In this document: one piece after another, positions 61,852 to 64,000 of the stretch
Layout: the number at the start of each line of letters is the position of its first letter
How positions within the stretch are numbered: position 1 is the first letter of the stretch
DNA from: Podospora anserina
Lineage: Eukaryota
Reading direction: 5' to 3'
Assembly: GCA_017654855.1 (NCBI GenBank)
Contig: CM030333.1
Location: 3,968,001-4,032,000 of the forward strand
DNA: 64,000 bases
Notes under the pieces: generated by a model
What the model saw: only the letters and a program-made list of their open reading frames with translations
Told to the model about the DNA's origin: nothing
Databases searched by the model: none
Translations under genes and position numbers: made by a program

Positions 61852-62937
61852 CTATGACGGGGGAACAAAAGGCTTGACCAGCATCTCACTGAACTTCTCC
61901 AGCTTCTCCTTTCCTCGAACCTCCTCCACCAGAAGTGGCATTTTTACCACGTTGAACTCGTCGTAAAGCTCCTCAATCTGATCGAGGTACTTCTTTTGCA
62001 TGCGCCGTCTGGCCGTACATTGCTCGCAATCGGAACCGGGCTTCGGGAACAGAAGCTGATTGACCACAATACAGTGGGTATCAATCTGGTAGCTAGCCAG
62101 TTCTTGAATCATACGCTCCGTCTCGTAGAGAGACAAGAACTCTGGAATGCAGACGCAGACGAAGGTGGTGAGGCGCTCGTCCTTGAATTGCTGGTTGACT
62201 TCTGAAATGGTGGCGCGAAGGGCTTCGAGCTTTTCCATCATCTCACCGAGGTTCTGACCGTTGGGAAGGGCACCGTTGGCGCCCAGAAGTCCGTTCAGGA
62301 CTCCTCCAAACTGACTAGAGAGCTGCGAGATCTTCTTCAGGGCCTTCTCCAGAACAGAAGGGAACTGGAGGAAACGGAGTGTGTGGCCGGTTGGGGCGGT
62401 GTCGAAGATGATAGTCTCGTAGGAGAGTGACTTGACCTGCTTCAGGACTTCGGCAAAGGACATGGCTTCATCGATACCGGGAATCTGATAAGAAGTACGG
62501 TATTAGCCAGACTGGTTGATATATCACTGACAAACACTCTTATAACTTACCGAGAGGGCAAGGTCCTGCATCATACCCCCCATACCCCCCAAACCTTCAG
62601 CGCCCTCACCCTCAGCCTGTCCAGCAAGCAAGTCTTGCATGCTTCCATTTGGATCAATCTCCATGGCGAAGAGATTCTCGAAACCATCTACCTTGCGGGC
62701 GTCCTTGCCGAACTTTTGGCTGAAAGCGTCGCTCAGGTTGTGGGCGGGATCGGTCGAGATGAGAAGCACAGAGCGCCTGACCTTGGCCAGCTGGATGGCA
62801 AGACTGCACGAGGTTGTCGTCTTGCCCACACCACCCTTTCCACCTACGAAGATCCATCTGAGGCTGCGTTGGTCGAGGATCGACTGGAGCGTGGGCTCCA
62901 TAGCATCGTCGTCGGCGTTGATGACTGCGGTCGACAT
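61852..62937 (-). CDS. GET3: Get3/ASNA1 ATPase, 2 exons
   Basis: [29 protein letters not shown], |[40 protein letters not shown]. Confidence 0.96.
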
Positions 62938-63848
62938 CTTGGCGATTGTCTACTGAGTGTAGGTAGCGGCGGGAATTCTGGAGAGATTGCGGAATTACGG
63001 TCGTTCAAGAAGAGAGAGAGAAAGAAGGCAAGCTGTGCAAGTGGTGGTCAAGATTGGTCCAAGTTGTCGCGTCCCAAGGGGCTTTGGAAACAGCTGGAAA
63101 CCCACCGTCGGGTGTGGACGTCGCTGGGTCTGGCCTGCCAGCCCGCAACGTCACTGGCTTCGTGGCGGGGCAAGCTCGACCTCGACAGGGGGGGGGGTTC
63201 ATTTGGTGGGGTAATGTCTTGGCATCTGATGGGAGGCATCTTGTCTTGAAGTTCGGAAGGAAGAAATGGAGAAGCAGCTCAGCTTCATGCATCGCTACGA
63301 CGCAAACTGTTTTTTTGGCCCCAAGCTGAAGCTGACGAACTTCCACAACAGGTACACAGCTGAATCTGTTTGTTTACTAAAGCTACCACCTTTGTTGATT
63401 AGCGTGATCATCTCGCCGCCCTCAGGCAGATCAATAGTTGACGGACAGAAGAGCGGTGACTTTTTTGTTTCGCCTGAGCCGCATTTATCATCAGTGTTGT
63501 GGTTCGAGCTCACGGTGAGGCGAGGATACCACCGTTGTGTACAACGTCCTGTCTGTCCTCACCTGGAGGCAATAAAGGAAACAATGCAACACTTTATAGC
63601 CCCGTGCAAAGTATCCAAGCCAGGTAGGTATCCAACTGGTGGCATCCAAGCAGGCGGACAGCGGCAGATACCGACGCTTGTGTCCGGTGGCAGCGGGGCT
63701 GAGAAGCTCTCTGGAGTGGATGTTGAGCATTGGTGCACCCATGTGGCCATCGCATCAGCCCCCAAGAAAGCGCAAGCAAATCCATTCCAGGGGTATTAGT
63801 AGTGTAATGCTTCTTGTCGATCCTTTTCTATATGGTGACTTTCAAGTT

Positions 63849-63960
63849 TATAAATATCCTCTACCTATCCTCTCTCCATTGTTTCTTTGTCTCTCTCTAT
63901 ACATAGCTCACTCATCACAACAACAACCCCTCCTCTTATCGCTTCTGATAAGCCCATTCC
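63849..63960 (+). promoter_or_regulatory. Putative core promoter (TATAAATA plus CT-rich tract) of a gene beyond the window end
   Basis: TATAAATA at 63849 followed by a pyrimidine-rich, CAA-rich leader-like sequence. Confidence 0.45.
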
Positions 63961-64000
63961 CCCTGCTACACCACCCCACCACCCACTCACTCAGCTTGTA

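Noticed and set aside
1-64000. Transposons, RIP-degraded repeats, tRNA/rRNA genes, CRISPR arrays, secondary-metabolite cluster
   Set aside because: No AT-rich blocks, terminal repeats, RT/transposase motifs, cloverleaf structures, spaced repeats or PKS/NRPS genes were seen by eye.

Overview
Gene-dense euchromatic region of a filamentous ascomycete. Short GT-AG introns with CTRAY branch sites, GC-rich codon usage and the gene content point to Sordariomycetes; it looks Podospora-like, which is an inference. About 24 intact, mostly intron-containing housekeeping genes are present: a USP-type deubiquitinase (partial), acyl-CoA dehydrogenase, Spo12, RBG2/DRG2, CWC2, UreF, TOM40, a PFK-2/FBPase-2-like protein, an RmlD/MAT2B-like reductase, an RA-PH protein, ERG20, CDC23, a secreted protein, an FHA tail-anchored protein, VPS1, GGT, GRX5, an SDR, AMACR, GST, TrpRS, MRF1, UPS1/PRELI, MPE1 and GET3. 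There are also two apparent pseudogenes (2EXR-domain and S10 carboxypeptidase). No rRNA, tRNA, transposon or CRISPR was recognised. The main finding is that the secreted-protein ORF at 29934 continues in frame through three TAG codons, one of which sits exactly at the Trp position of a five-residue Trp repeat. This pattern is expected if UAG is recoded to UGG by sexual-stage A-to-I mRNA editing. CDC23 (APC8), and more weakly Spo12, also have TAG stops followed by long open in-frame extensions. Exon boundaries were read by eye and may be off by a few nt.
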